64,000 bases of DNA from an uncultured Bacteroidales bacterium (GCA_903912795.1 CAIWIS010000237.1:15736-79735), one strand, 5' to 3'. Positions 1 through 8,874 are shown, numbered from the stretch's first letter. The notes: a model not told the origin generated them from the sequence alone. Numbers and translations are program-made.

Positions 1-403
1 AACGAGCTTTAAGTTTATAAGAGCGCATTTCAGATTTATCGGCTAAATCACCAATCATTTGCTGAGTACCTACTGAAACCGATGGATTAAGAGCTGTAAT
101 ATGTGCTCTAAGTTTTTGTTCCATCATTTCAAGTTTTTGAAAATATGCAACATTTTCAGATTCTTTAGCTGCATAACTTTTTAATAAACTTACTGCGGCC
201 ATTTGAACCTCAACAAGATTTATTGCATTAGAATCAGCAAGACCAATGATACGTTCAACAACTCCATCATAAGCATCAATATATGTATTATATAAATCGC
301 CTAAAAATGCGTGATCTTGAAAAAACAATGACTTCTCACAAAGATTGTGAGCATTTTGAGCGTATAGGGCCATACATCTAAGTAAAATTGCTAATTCTTT
401 CAT
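1..403 (-). CDS. Dps/ferritin-like four-helix-bundle protein (start in window, 3' end runs off the window)
   Basis: Absent from the ORF track because there is no stop in the window. My translation from ATG 403-401 (AAGAGG SD upstream) gives MKELAILLRCMALYAQNAHNLCEKSLFFQDHAFLGDLYNTYIDAYDGVVERIIGL... and stays open to position 1. The H/D/E spacing resembles the Dps ferroxidase pattern. Confidence 0.4.
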   Translation of the reverse strand, partial: MKELAILLRCMALYAQNAHNLCEKSLFFQDHAFLGDLYNTYIDAYDGVVERIIGLADSNAINLVEVQMAAVSLLKSYAAKESENVAYFQKLEMMEQKLRAHITALNPSVSVGTQQMIGDLADKSEMRSYKLKAR

Positions 404-456
404 TTATAACCTCTTTAAATAAGTATGCCCATATTTCAGAGCACACTTTATTAAAA

Positions 457-813
457 CTATTTTACAATTTTAGAACGACATTCTTGACGTTTAGCTTTAA
501 CATCTTCAGGACATTTAACGCCATTGTCTAGTTCACGAATAATTAAATAATCCGTTTCGGCAAGATAAGCTAAACATTCTTTATTAACTTTTTCTTGTTC
601 AACTTCTGCTGTAACATCAACTACTTCAACAGAATATTCTGGAACTGACATTTCACCAGTTGGTTGACCCATTTCGTCAACTATTGGAAGTGCCGGAGCA
701 CCCCAATGTTGTGATTGTTCAATCTCAGCTAAGTAGGCATCTACTTCAGCTTGAGTCTCTTTTAAAAGAAATGGTTCACCATGAACTTTTGATTTAATTT
801 TAATTTTAAACAT
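457..813 (-). CDS. hypothetical protein, possible tail-fibre assembly chaperone
   Basis: 118 aa. The start abuts the stop of the fibre-tip gene. The C-terminal AYLAETDYLIIRELDNG..PEDV..KR..R is reminiscent of Tfa-type chaperone C-termini; this is a weak match. Confidence 0.4.
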   Translation of the reverse strand: MFKIKIKSKVHGEPFLLKETQAEVDAYLAEIEQSQHWGAPALPIVDEMGQPTGEMSVPEYSVEVVDVTAEVEQEKVNKECLAYLAETDYLIIRELDNGVKCPEDVKAKRQECRSKIVK

Positions 814-814
814 A

Positions 815-2488
815 TTATAATAATCCTATTTTTTTAATTGAAAACCAACTTGTCAGATTTGAAGCAAGTACCCCACCATTTCCTGTTGAACTTGCTGAAG
901 CTCTAACTTCAATGTAATCTCCAGAATTTAATTTAACATCAAAAGGTAATGTTGAAATTGCATTTAATGGTCCATATCCTAAAGCCATATAGAAAGATCC
1001 ATTTTTATAAAGCAATATATAAGCAGGAGCTGATGATGCATTTATATATGTAGAACCAGAATAAACTCCTGCTGTTGGAGCTGTAAATTTCCATGCAGAT
1101 CCTACAGTAACGGCAGAATGGCTATCATAAATTTTTGTATCAAAATTATATGGAGCTGAAGTAGATGCTGTAGTATTTGCACTTGCATAATACGAAGCCG
1201 CTACAGTATCAGTCGCAGCTATGGATGCGGGTCCACTGACTCTAGTGAATGATATAGAGTTATAATTTGTTGTTGCAGAAAAACTTGTGATACCAGAACC
1301 AACAGGACGAACATCTAAAATATCACCAGCATTAGCGTAGACCATTCCAAATCCACTTACGTTGCCTGTTGTATTAATAGCAATCATTAAATTCTGAACT
1401 GCATTTTTATAAATATTTATTGGAACTGTTGTTGCCACTGAAGCAACAGCAGCCATAGACACTTGCCAGTAACCAGCGACAGGAACTGTAAAACGTCCAG
1501 TAGTTGCATTATATGATCCAGTGGTGTCATTAATGATTGTTGGATAGATAATAGGATTTCCAGAAGTTACGTTAGCGGGTGTTCCATTTGCAATAGCAGT
1601 CACAACTTGCTGAGTAGTAGAATCACTCATCTGAACGCATGATGACCAGCCGAGGATTGGGATTGTTGCAGTTATAGCCAACCCATCAGAACTTCCCACT
1701 AAAGTCGACCCTAATTGTTTAGTAAGACCTGAATTAGTGGCATTTTGCATGCCGACGGTCAGATAGGACGTTAATGATTCTGATAACATTGTAAAATAAG
1801 AAGCTGTTGCGCCAGTCTTAACACCGCCACCTACATATCTTATAGCAGTACAAGATGTAGAAGTTAAACCTGAAGGTAAACTTATTCTAGCTTCTGTAGC
1901 AGTTGAAGTACCAGACGTAAATCTACCTCGTATTTCACAAGCTGAACCTACCCTTCTATATTCAAATTCAGAAACACTTACAGAACCAAAACCAGTAAAT
2001 GTAGGAATATAAGAAGCCCAATCAGTAATAGGCGTCCCATATTGATAATTAGCTCTTTCCACTTTAATGCTATCAATTTTTAATTCAAAATTGTTAGTTG
2101 TAGTTGTAGCTTGGTGAAAAATCAAACGATACGAAGTTGAATTGTATGATGTTTGGAAATACCCAGAATAAGAATCGGGAATTGTAGAGCTATTGCTAAA
2201 CAATTTAAAACTTGATGGTTGAATTAATTGTGAATTTGTAATATCATAAACATATACAATTACATCAGAATCGGCACCACTTGGACCAATTCCACCTGCA
2301 GTAAATGTACCAGAATTAACGATATAATCAAAGCTAATTTTCATTACTTTAGCTTTTGACGCACTATCTACGGTAAAATCATAACTAACGCCTTTACCTT
2401 GGTCGTTAGCTCCACCTGTTTTTTGAAACAAAAACGAATTTGAATCACTTAAAGGATTCGTACTCGATGTCGTTATTGCAATTGCCAT
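815..2488 (-). CDS. distal tail-fibre / receptor-binding protein with two tandem C1q/TNF-like jelly-roll repeats
   Basis: 557 aa, S/T/G/N-rich, directly downstream of the fibre shaft gene with an AGGAGA SD. Two C-terminal segments share P.AG.(Y/W)....(I/L)YKN(A/G)....GD.(L/I).VR. Confidence 0.6.
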   Translation of the reverse strand: MAIAITTSSTNPLSDSNSFLFQKTGGANDQGKGVSYDFTVDSASKAKVMKISFDYIVNSGTFTAGGIGPSGADSDVIVYVYDITNSQLIQPSSFKLFSNSSTIPDSYSGYFQTSYNSTSYRLIFHQATTTTNNFELKIDSIKVERANYQYGTPITDWASYIPTFTGFGSVSVSEFEYRRVGSACEIRGRFTSGTSTATEARISLPSGLTSTSCTAIRYVGGGVKTGATASYFTMLSESLTSYLTVGMQNATNSGLTKQLGSTLVGSSDGLAITATIPILGWSSCVQMSDSTTQQVVTAIANGTPANVTSGNPIIYPTIINDTTGSYNATTGRFTVPVAGYWQVSMAAVASVATTVPINIYKNAVQNLMIAINTTGNVSGFGMVYANAGDILDVRPVGSGITSFSATTNYNSISFTRVSGPASIAATDTVAASYYASANTTASTSAPYNFDTKIYDSHSAVTVGSAWKFTAPTAGVYSGSTYINASSAPAYILLYKNGSFYMALGYGPLNAISTLPFDVKLNSGDYIEVRASASSTGNGGVLASNLTSWFSIKKIGLL

Positions 2489-2520
2489 ATTTTATATCTC
2501 CTATAAATATAAATTAAAAA

Positions 2521-3741
2521 TTAAACACCATTTACTGGACGACTGTTGCCTGCACCATCATCATATGTTGCAAATCCAGTAGTTCCACCTTCAGCATCAC
2601 CATTACTAATAAAATTACCAGCACCTGAACCTGAACCAATTAATTTTAAAGTTGTTCCATCATCGTAGTATGGACGATTTGAAGTTGTATCAAATAATAT
2701 TGTTCCAACTTTACGAGTTAAAGCATCTAAAGCGGTTTTAGCAGCTTTTGGTAAAGTTAAACGTGAAGTATTAGATGCTGTTCCACCATCAATATCTTTA
2801 TTTGTTAATACTTGAGAATCTGAAGTACCAACAACTGAACCTGTAATACCATGAACAGCACTTGAAGCACTAGTATGTGTAGTTAGATCAGAAGCAAGGG
2901 CTTTACTACCAAGTTGAGTTTGAATAGCAGAAGTAACTCCAGAAAGATAACCAAGTTCTGTTGAAGTTACTGAAGTAGTAACAACCGCCCCAGTAGCATC
3001 TGTTGCAACAGCTTTACTAGCAACAAGTGTACCAGAACTAGTAATTTTATTATTTAATTGAGTTTGGATAGCACTAGTTACTCCAGAAACATAACCTAAT
3101 TCAGTTGATGTAACAGATGATGATGAAACTACACCAGACACATCACTAACGAGAGCTTTACTTGCAGTTAATGCCGCCATTTTAGAATGGTCAATTGCCG
3201 CAGAAGCACTAACATTTGAATTAGCAATATTTGAAATTGTATTACTTGCCGCATCAATAGTTTTACTAGTTAGTGTTTGAGAATCTGAAGTACCAACTAC
3301 AGATCCAGTCACACCATGAACACCAGATGAAGCTCCAGTATGAGAACTAAGACTTGATGTGCTTGCTTTAGAATTAATTTGAGTTTGAATAGCACTAGTT
3401 ACACCATCAAGATATTGAAATTCAGCATTGCTAACACTACCATCAGCAAGTTTAGAAGCATCAATAGCTGCAGTAGCAGAAATTGCACTATTTGCAATGT
3501 TAGTTAATGTATTTGTTGCGGCATCAATTGATTTATTTGTAAAAACATCGCTAGTAGCTTTACCTACTAAAGTATCAGTAGCATCAGGAAGTGTAAGGGT
3601 TTTATCTGTACTTTGTGAAGACTGAATTGTAGTTTTAGTACCAGCAGTTCCACCTGGTTGAATTTGAATTTCTTTTGGGGTCAGCGTATCTTCTTGCGTG
3701 ATCAGCAGACCTTTGATTATTTTCATTAAATTAAAACTCAT
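2521..3741 (-). CDS. tail-fibre shaft protein with ~90-aa internal repeats
   Basis: 406 aa. The unit HGVTGSVVGTSDSQ.LT.K.ID...NT.SNI.NS.(I/V)SA.AAI..SK(L/M)A....SKA(L/V).....G.V.....VTSTELGY(V/L)SGVTSAIQTQL occurs about 3 times. It is paralogous to 48431-50614. Confidence 0.75.
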   Translation of the reverse strand: MSFNLMKIIKGLLITQEDTLTPKEIQIQPGGTAGTKTTIQSSQSTDKTLTLPDATDTLVGKATSDVFTNKSIDAATNTLTNIANSAISATAAIDASKLADGSVSNAEFQYLDGVTSAIQTQINSKASTSSLSSHTGASSGVHGVTGSVVGTSDSQTLTSKTIDAASNTISNIANSNVSASAAIDHSKMAALTASKALVSDVSGVVSSSSVTSTELGYVSGVTSAIQTQLNNKITSSGTLVASKAVATDATGAVVTTSVTSTELGYLSGVTSAIQTQLGSKALASDLTTHTSASSAVHGITGSVVGTSDSQVLTNKDIDGGTASNTSRLTLPKAAKTALDALTRKVGTILFDTTSNRPYYDDGTTLKLIGSGSGAGNFISNGDAEGGTTGFATYDDGAGNSRPVNGV

Positions 3742-3760
3742 TGTTCAAATTCTCCCTAAA

Positions 3761-4249
3761 TTAAATTTTTGAAAGCGTTCTAGCTGAAAATTTAATCAAT
3801 CCGGAATATCCAGCAGACCCTATATCACTAGATTTATATTTAAATTGACCGTTATGATCCATTGTCAAAATAACTCCAGAACTACCATTAGTACTTTGAG
3901 TTATTTTCCATTTATTATCATCTATAGCACTATCATCAAAAACTATATAAATTGAACCTGTTTCAGCATATCCAGACGGATTAGAAGTTGAGGTTCTATA
4001 AACAGCATAAGTAATATTCGCAGCTCTAACTATTCCAGAATCAAATAATAAACCGTTAATATTTGTTTCACTTGAAATATTATTATCAATAGTAAAAGAT
4101 GTTTGAAGAATATCACCTGGAGCTAAAAGAGTATTAAGAACTTCACCTACAGCAACAGCAAAAGCAGAAGCTTCTTCAGCCCAATTCGGAGATTCACCCG
4201 AAGTAGGATAATTAAATGTAGTCCCTGCAATGACTATAGGTACGCTCAT
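3761..4249 (-). CDS. virion-module hypothetical protein
   Basis: 162 aa, GGAG SD, first gene after a TTAACAAGT motif, immediately upstream of the fibre genes. Confidence 0.6.
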   Translation of the reverse strand: MSVPIVIAGTTFNYPTSGESPNWAEEASAFAVAVGEVLNTLLAPGDILQTSFTIDNNISSETNINGLLFDSGIVRAANITYAVYRTSTSNPSGYAETGSIYIVFDDSAIDDNKWKITQSTNGSSGVILTMDHNGQFKYKSSDIGSAGYSGLIKFSARTLSKI

Positions 4250-4261
4250 GTCTTGTCTCCG

Positions 4262-4277
4262 TAATATAACTTGTTAA
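4262..4277 (-). promoter_or_regulatory. phage-specific late-promoter-like motif TTAACAAGT-N6-A
   Basis: Minus strand reads TTAACAAGTtatattA, then CGGAG SD and ATG at 4249. Confidence 0.5.
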
Positions 4278-4290
4278 TTTTAATCATATT

Positions 4291-4686
4291 TTAGGGATTA
4301 AATATGTTAGATTTACGATCTCCACGGTCTTTAATATCTAAATGAACCCAACCTTTAGTTTTTTCAGGATTTTCTAACCAAAGTCCTAATTCTTTTAATT
4401 TACCTTGTTTATCCATCTCTAAAGCAAATTCGGCTAATTTACCGTCTTTATCAACAAAATCGCAAGCTAACCCCTTCATATGATTGGACTTTTTAGCTCC
4501 ACCAATTTTTTTATTAATGGTATCAGGTCTCCATCCACTAGAAACTGACATAGGAATTCCGTATAAATCCCTAAATTTATTCAAAAGAATCAATAGTTTA
4601 TCTATATTATCCGATACTTCTTGAGTATAATCTTCAGGAAATTGTTTATCACGATTCATTAAAATTTCAGATTTAGTTATGCTCAT
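4291..4686 (-). CDS. peptidase M15 family (zinc D-Ala-D-Ala carboxypeptidase/L-Ala-D-Glu peptidase-like), candidate endolysin
   Basis: 131 aa. SGWRP, H-x6-D (HMKGLACD) and WVHLD zinc-ligand motifs typical of M15/VanY-like phage peptidases. Confidence 0.75.
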   Translation of the reverse strand: MSITKSEILMNRDKQFPEDYTQEVSDNIDKLLILLNKFRDLYGIPMSVSSGWRPDTINKKIGGAKKSNHMKGLACDFVDKDGKLAEFALEMDKQGKLKELGLWLENPEKTKGWVHLDIKDRGDRKSNIFNP

Positions 4687-4701
4687 AAATAAACTTGTTA
4701 A
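4686..4701 (-). promoter_or_regulatory. late-promoter-like motif TTAACAAGT-N6-A, predicted leaderless start
   Basis: Minus strand reads TTAACAAGTttatttATG. The invariant A at +7 is the A of the M15 start codon, and there is no SD. Confidence 0.45.
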
Positions 4702-4753
4702 TACCGCTTGACTTAATCGACTATTTATAGTACCATTAATAGTGAGGTGAAAA

Positions 4754-5440
4754 ATGATTAACGATTTAGGTATGTATGTTCAAGCAGATGGTGATGTAGG
4801 TGACGCTACACATAGAACAGGTCTAGCTGCAGGTTTAAATTTATTGCTTGGTAATGAGCAAAGAGCTAAAGAAATTAAAGACATTTTAATTAAAAATTGT
4901 GAAGTTAGTTCTGGAGTTTGGATTAGACATCCAGGAGGCCATCAACCTACTTATACAAATCAAATTACTAATATGTCTAGAGATCAAGTTTGTCGAGTAA
5001 TGTTTGCTATGGCAGTTCTTGGTGAAAAAAATGTTATTAAACATTGGCTTTTACAAATGACTAAAAGATGTTTTTTACATCAAAATAATTGTGATCCTAC
5101 AAATGGTAGTTGGCGACCAAGAGATGTAATGACTATTGGTGAATGGCGAAATATTATTAGAGGATTAAATCTTTGGGTATTATATCCTGTACTTGTAGTA
5201 TTCGATTTAGTATTTCTTTTAGAAATTCCAATCAGAAGTAAATGGGATGGCGGTAGTATGTTATATCCAGATATTTACTTTGCTACTAAAAAATTTCCAA
5301 CACCATTTGCTTTTTTAGCTAAATACGCAATTAAAAAAACTACATGTTTAGATGAAATTATGAATAACCATGATCCCATTCATAAAAATGGATGTGCTGA
5401 ACTTCAACCATTATTTAAACAATTGTCGGAGAAAATGTAA
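4754..5440 (+). CDS. hypothetical protein with C-terminal hydrophobic segment
   Basis: 228 aa, GAGGTG SD. Plus-strand island inside the minus-strand virion module. TTGACT and TAATCGACT (4714-4722) lie upstream. Confidence 0.6.
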   Translation: MINDLGMYVQADGDVGDATHRTGLAAGLNLLLGNEQRAKEIKDILIKNCEVSSGVWIRHPGGHQPTYTNQITNMSRDQVCRVMFAMAVLGEKNVIKHWLLQMTKRCFLHQNNCDPTNGSWRPRDVMTIGEWRNIIRGLNLWVLYPVLVVFDLVFLLEIPIRSKWDGGSMLYPDIYFATKKFPTPFAFLAKYAIKKTTCLDEIMNNHDPIHKNGCAELQPLFKQLSEKM

Positions 5441-5441
5441 T

Positions 5442-5657
5442 ATGTATTATATTTTGGTTGTAGAAGATAGCACTCCAAATACTGTAGAAAAAAATACACA
5501 AGAAGAAGTTCAAGATTTTTTAACAGCATTTGTATTAAAACATGGATCTTTAGATGATGGTAATTCAAATTGGGTAGATCAAATTTTTGAAGGTCGTAAA
5601 GTTAATTTTAGTTTAGAAATAAAATTAAATATTGATGATAATCAGGTTGTATCGTGA
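5442..5657 (+). CDS. hypothetical protein
   Basis: I prefer the ATG at 5442, just after the upstream stop, to the overlapping track start at 5370. Confidence 0.5.
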   Translation: MYYILVVEDSTPNTVEKNTQEEVQDFLTAFVLKHGSLDDGNSNWVDQIFEGRKVNFSLEIKLNIDDNQVVS

Positions 5658-5884
5658 AATTAACTATTTATCCGGAAATATGTTGTGAAGTATGTAATGA
5701 GGTAATCCATAATCATGTGGATTGCCCTGTTTGTAAATATAAATATGCTGGAACTAGTGAATATGGCGATATTCTTTATATGGATATTGGTGAAATATTA
5801 GAATGTGAAGTATGTAAAGCTAAATTTAAATTAATTAGTAAAGATAAATTTATTAGTGAATTTGAATGGGAACAATTAACTTAA
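5654..5884 (+). CDS. zinc-ribbon protein
   Basis: 76 aa with CCEVC..., CPVC and CEVC pairs. The GTGA overlap with the previous gene suggests translational coupling. Confidence 0.55.
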   Translation: MKLTIYPEICCEVCNEVIHNHVDCPVCKYKYAGTSEYGDILYMDIGEILECEVCKAKFKLISKDKFISEFEWEQLT

Positions 5885-7338
5885 ATTCTTTTCGGATATT
5901 TCATTGGCTCCCATAATTTAGGGAGCTTTTCTTTTCCATAATTTAATAATAATACATATTTACCTTTTGGTAATTGTTTAATTTTTTCACATTCATTCAT
6001 TTTATTTCTTGCATAAATTTTTAATTCTTCTGGTAATTTTGAATAAATTTGAAATCCATTATTTTTAGTCCAAGATATATCCCATACTATATTCAATTCT
6101 TTAGCCCATTTTTTCATAGAAGAAGTTCTAGTAAAATAGCGACTATTAACAATTTGTCCTTCAGGAAGTTTGTACATAGTTTCTGCTCCATATTTTTGGC
6201 CTAAATAATCAAAATTACAAGCTTGATAAATAGTACCAATTTCGCCAGCACTAGGATCAGAATATGCGACGAAATATCTTTTATTAGTATTTTTTACCAT
6301 CCATCGACAAGCAAACATAACTAACCTACTATTAAGATTTTTAGGTGCCCAACTTGATACTGCACCACGTTGAATTAATGCTTCTTTTTCACCAAATTGA
6401 TAACTATTTGGTTCAGACAACATTACTACTCCAGCAAGTTTATTTTCCCATCTAGCAGTAAAAACCCATTTAACTCCAAATCCAACAGTTCCTAACCATT
6501 CATATTTAGCGATAAATGATCTATGCTCAGGACTAAAGCTTTCGACATTTAAAATAAAATCATTAACATTTAAATTAAATGGAAATCCTTCAGCTCTATC
6601 AGATTCTTCATTTTTATCTTTTTGAAATTTTTGCCAACATTTTGTGATTTTATTAGATTTTTCTCTATTATCTTTTTTAAATAAAGGTTGAAGATTAGTA
6701 TAATGACTTAATTCCATTAATTGTTTTTGAGTTTTGGCTGCAGTTAAAGGTATAATATGATCTATTTCCCATATTAAACCGTGGTTACTCCATGACATTC
6801 CAGAAATAAATTTAGATTCTAAATAATTAAATAAATGTTTATTACTACATCCTAAATATTCATCATATTTACTATTTTTTGATAAACCTTTATTTTTAGC
6901 GACTTCCCAAAGTCGTTTAGAAATAGCAATTCGCATTTTAAACATCGGATCACGTTTAATTCGTTCATTCCATTGTTTTTGTATTTTATCTCTATTATTT
7001 TTTTTATATTGACGATTATATTCAGAAATAAATTCTTTTTTTATTTCTCTATAAGTTTTTTTATATAAAGCTCGTTTTTCAGGATTAGCATCGCGCCATT
7101 GTTTAGATTTTAACTTACGATCTTCAGGATCTTTGTTGGATAAAATTTGCTCACGATTAGCTTCATAATACGCTTTAGCTGAAGCTTTCTTTTTTTCTTT
7201 ATTTTTGTCATAAGCTTCTTTAGAAATAATTTTAAGACAAGGTTTACATACAAAATTTAAACCATCTTTAGTTCCAGATTTTTTACCAAATAATTCTAAG
7301 AATAATTCTTGTTCACATTTAGTACATTTTTTAGTCAC
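5881..7338 (-). CDS. Zn-ribbon + HNH endonuclease + Mom-like (GNAT-fold) domain fusion protein
   Basis: HNH core is WEIDHIIPL...NLQPLFKKDNREKSN. The C-terminal 200 aa carry FIAKYEWLG...GVVMLSEP...RGAVSSWAPKNLNSRL...FVAYSDPSAGEIGTIYQACNFDYLG, the pattern I associate with the Mu Mom family. Start moved to GTG 7338 (GAGGAG SD), because the track start at 7398 would translate through the promoter motifs. Confidence 0.5.
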   Translation of the reverse strand: MTKKCTKCEQELFLELFGKKSGTKDGLNFVCKPCLKIISKEAYDKNKEKKKASAKAYYEANREQILSNKDPEDRKLKSKQWRDANPEKRALYKKTYREIKKEFISEYNRQYKKNNRDKIQKQWNERIKRDPMFKMRIAISKRLWEVAKNKGLSKNSKYDEYLGCSNKHLFNYLESKFISGMSWSNHGLIWEIDHIIPLTAAKTQKQLMELSHYTNLQPLFKKDNREKSNKITKCWQKFQKDKNEESDRAEGFPFNLNVNDFILNVESFSPEHRSFIAKYEWLGTVGFGVKWVFTARWENKLAGVVMLSEPNSYQFGEKEALIQRGAVSSWAPKNLNSRLVMFACRWMVKNTNKRYFVAYSDPSAGEIGTIYQACNFDYLGQKYGAETMYKLPEGQIVNSRYFTRTSSMKKWAKELNIVWDISWTKNNGFQIYSKLPEELKIYARNKMNECEKIKQLPKGKYVLLLNYGKEKLPKLWEPMKYPKRI

Positions 7339-7369
7339 GGAAAAATTCTCCTCAAGTATGTATAATAAT

Positions 7370-7398
7370 ATTATATAATAACTTGTTATAGACGTCAA
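7370..7398 (-). promoter_or_regulatory. sigma-70-like promoter TTGACG-17-TATAAT, overlapping an ATAACAAGT-N6-A motif at 7374-7389
   Basis: Minus strand reads TTGACGtctataacaagttattaTATAAT. Confidence 0.5.
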
Positions 7399-7422
7399 GG
7401 AAGAATTCGTTACATTTTTAAA

Positions 7423-7455
7423 TAAAAAAAAGCCCTAGTATTTCTACTAGAGCCT
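7423..7455 (-). terminator. rho-independent terminator after the capsid gene
   Basis: Minus strand reads GGCTCTAGTAgaaaTACTAGGGCT followed by T8. Confidence 0.75.
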
Positions 7456-7487
7456 TTCTGAAATAATGTAATTAAATCAGATACTTA

Positions 7488-8702
7488 TTAAGCGATACCG
7501 CTGATAAGTACGTTTTTAGCGGGTGCTGAACAGAATAATGCTTGGTCACAGAATAGACGTAATTCGTAAGCTGTCATTTCTGGAAGATCTAGGAAAAACT
7601 CACCTTCCTTGCCTGGTCGTTTGAAAGTAACATCGCTAGAACCAATTCTCACCATGTCTTCAGTAGAAAGAACATAAGCGTAACCTTGTTTAACATAGAT
7701 AGATGGAACAATTTTGATTGAACCATTTTGACCATGGAATACTAGATCTTTAGATCCAACTTCAGTTTTTGCAGAAGAGTATGAAGAATCATACATTCTC
7801 AAAGCTGCTTGGTCAGTCAAAAGATCAGACCATGTGAAAGGGTTAACCATAACCATTACATCATTGTCAAGACCTTTTTCAACTGCTTTAGCAATTGCTT
7901 CTTGAATTTTAGCAAAAGAAAGTGCACCACCTGCTGCATACTCATTACCACGGAACAAAGAGTATTGAGAAGCATCAATGCCAAACAATACGCCAGAGTT
8001 ACTGATAATTTTGTGAATACCAGCAAATTCTTTACCATAAGCACCTTTATGCCATACAACGTCACCACCAACAACAGTTCCTGGAAGTGCATCAACAGAA
8101 ATAGTTTTAGTAGAGAAATCAACTTTAGTTACAGAGCAAGTACCACGAGAAACAGAACCATCAGCAGATCTGATTTCTATAGGCATTTTTTCACTACCAG
8201 CCCAGATTCCTGGTGCCCATTCTGCATCTGGAATAGCGAATGAATTTGTTACAGTGCTTGGAAGCGCAACAACTGCATAACCAACTTGACCGTAAAGCAT
8301 TTCGATTTCAAGTTTTTTAGTAACTGAACGAAGCATGTTTCCAACTAGGAATTTAGTAGCTTGTTCAAAAGCTTGTGCAGAACCGATAGAAGCTGCTGCA
8401 GATTTGTAGCCCATTACTGAACGAAGAACTAGCATGTTACCTTGAACTGCTGCGTTCTCAATTTGTCCAGCTACTGCTGGTTGTAGAGCAACTGCGTCTT
8501 CATTAGAAGCGGCAAAAGTTACGCCATGTTCTTGACCAAGGATAACTGGTTGATTATAGTTTTTACCAGTTTTTTGATCTTGAGTTGCGAAAGGGATTTC
8601 TTTTAAAAGCTTAACGCCATCTGGAACTAGGTTTTCTAATTTTTTAGCGTAAACTTCTTTAAATAGACCATTAAGGGTCGCTGCTGTATTGGCTGCTGCC
8701 AT
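7488..8702 (-). CDS. major capsid protein
   Basis: 404 aa. Follows the scaffold-like gene, has its own promoter motif and terminators on both sides, and is visibly higher in GC than its neighbours. The call rests on position and size, not a motif. Confidence 0.75.
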   Translation of the reverse strand: MAAANTAATLNGLFKEVYAKKLENLVPDGVKLLKEIPFATQDQKTGKNYNQPVILGQEHGVTFAASNEDAVALQPAVAGQIENAAVQGNMLVLRSVMGYKSAAASIGSAQAFEQATKFLVGNMLRSVTKKLEIEMLYGQVGYAVVALPSTVTNSFAIPDAEWAPGIWAGSEKMPIEIRSADGSVSRGTCSVTKVDFSTKTISVDALPGTVVGGDVVWHKGAYGKEFAGIHKIISNSGVLFGIDASQYSLFRGNEYAAGGALSFAKIQEAIAKAVEKGLDNDVMVMVNPFTWSDLLTDQAALRMYDSSYSSAKTEVGSKDLVFHGQNGSIKIVPSIYVKQGYAYVLSTEDMVRIGSSDVTFKRPGKEGEFFLDLPEMTAYELRLFCDQALFCSAPAKNVLISGIA

Positions 8703-8858
8703 TTTAATTCTCCGATTTTTAAAACTTTTCTGTTTAAGTTATTGTTATTTTTGTTTTATTCGATTTGAACCTTGCTTCTTTTTCAGTCTTGATGCCAGAT
8801 CATCCTTTCGGGTAGTTCCAGGTCGCCTCTAATACTCAAAACAAATTTCCCAATCTCT

Positions 8859-8874
8859 TATTATTACTTGTTAA
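8859..8874 (-). promoter_or_regulatory. late-promoter-like motif TTAACAAGT-N6-A (capsid gene)
   Basis: Minus strand reads TTAACAAGTaataatA. A degenerate ATAACAAGC copy lies at 8887-8895. The predicted capsid leader is about 155 nt. Confidence 0.5.

Noticed and set aside
7339-7398. Track start codons at 7398, 15767, 24446, 37494, 50671 and 5370.
   Set aside because: Each N-terminal extension reads through a promoter motif or repeat element, or overlaps the upstream gene. A downstream ATG or GTG with a proper SD is available in every case.
7809-8243. ORFs 7809-8243 (+) and 7856-8122 (-) inside the capsid gene. The same class includes 3428-3625, 9387-9641, 12424-12639, 13040-13291, 15333-15515, 21135-21341, 21526-21720, 25160-25450, 41582-41767, 42243-42425, 45790-45999, 46217-46414, 55558-55929, 58569-58781 and 63583-63777.
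   Set aside because: Each is fully nested in, or antisense to, a longer ORF with recognisable motifs or operon context. Their products are low-complexity and no SD is present.
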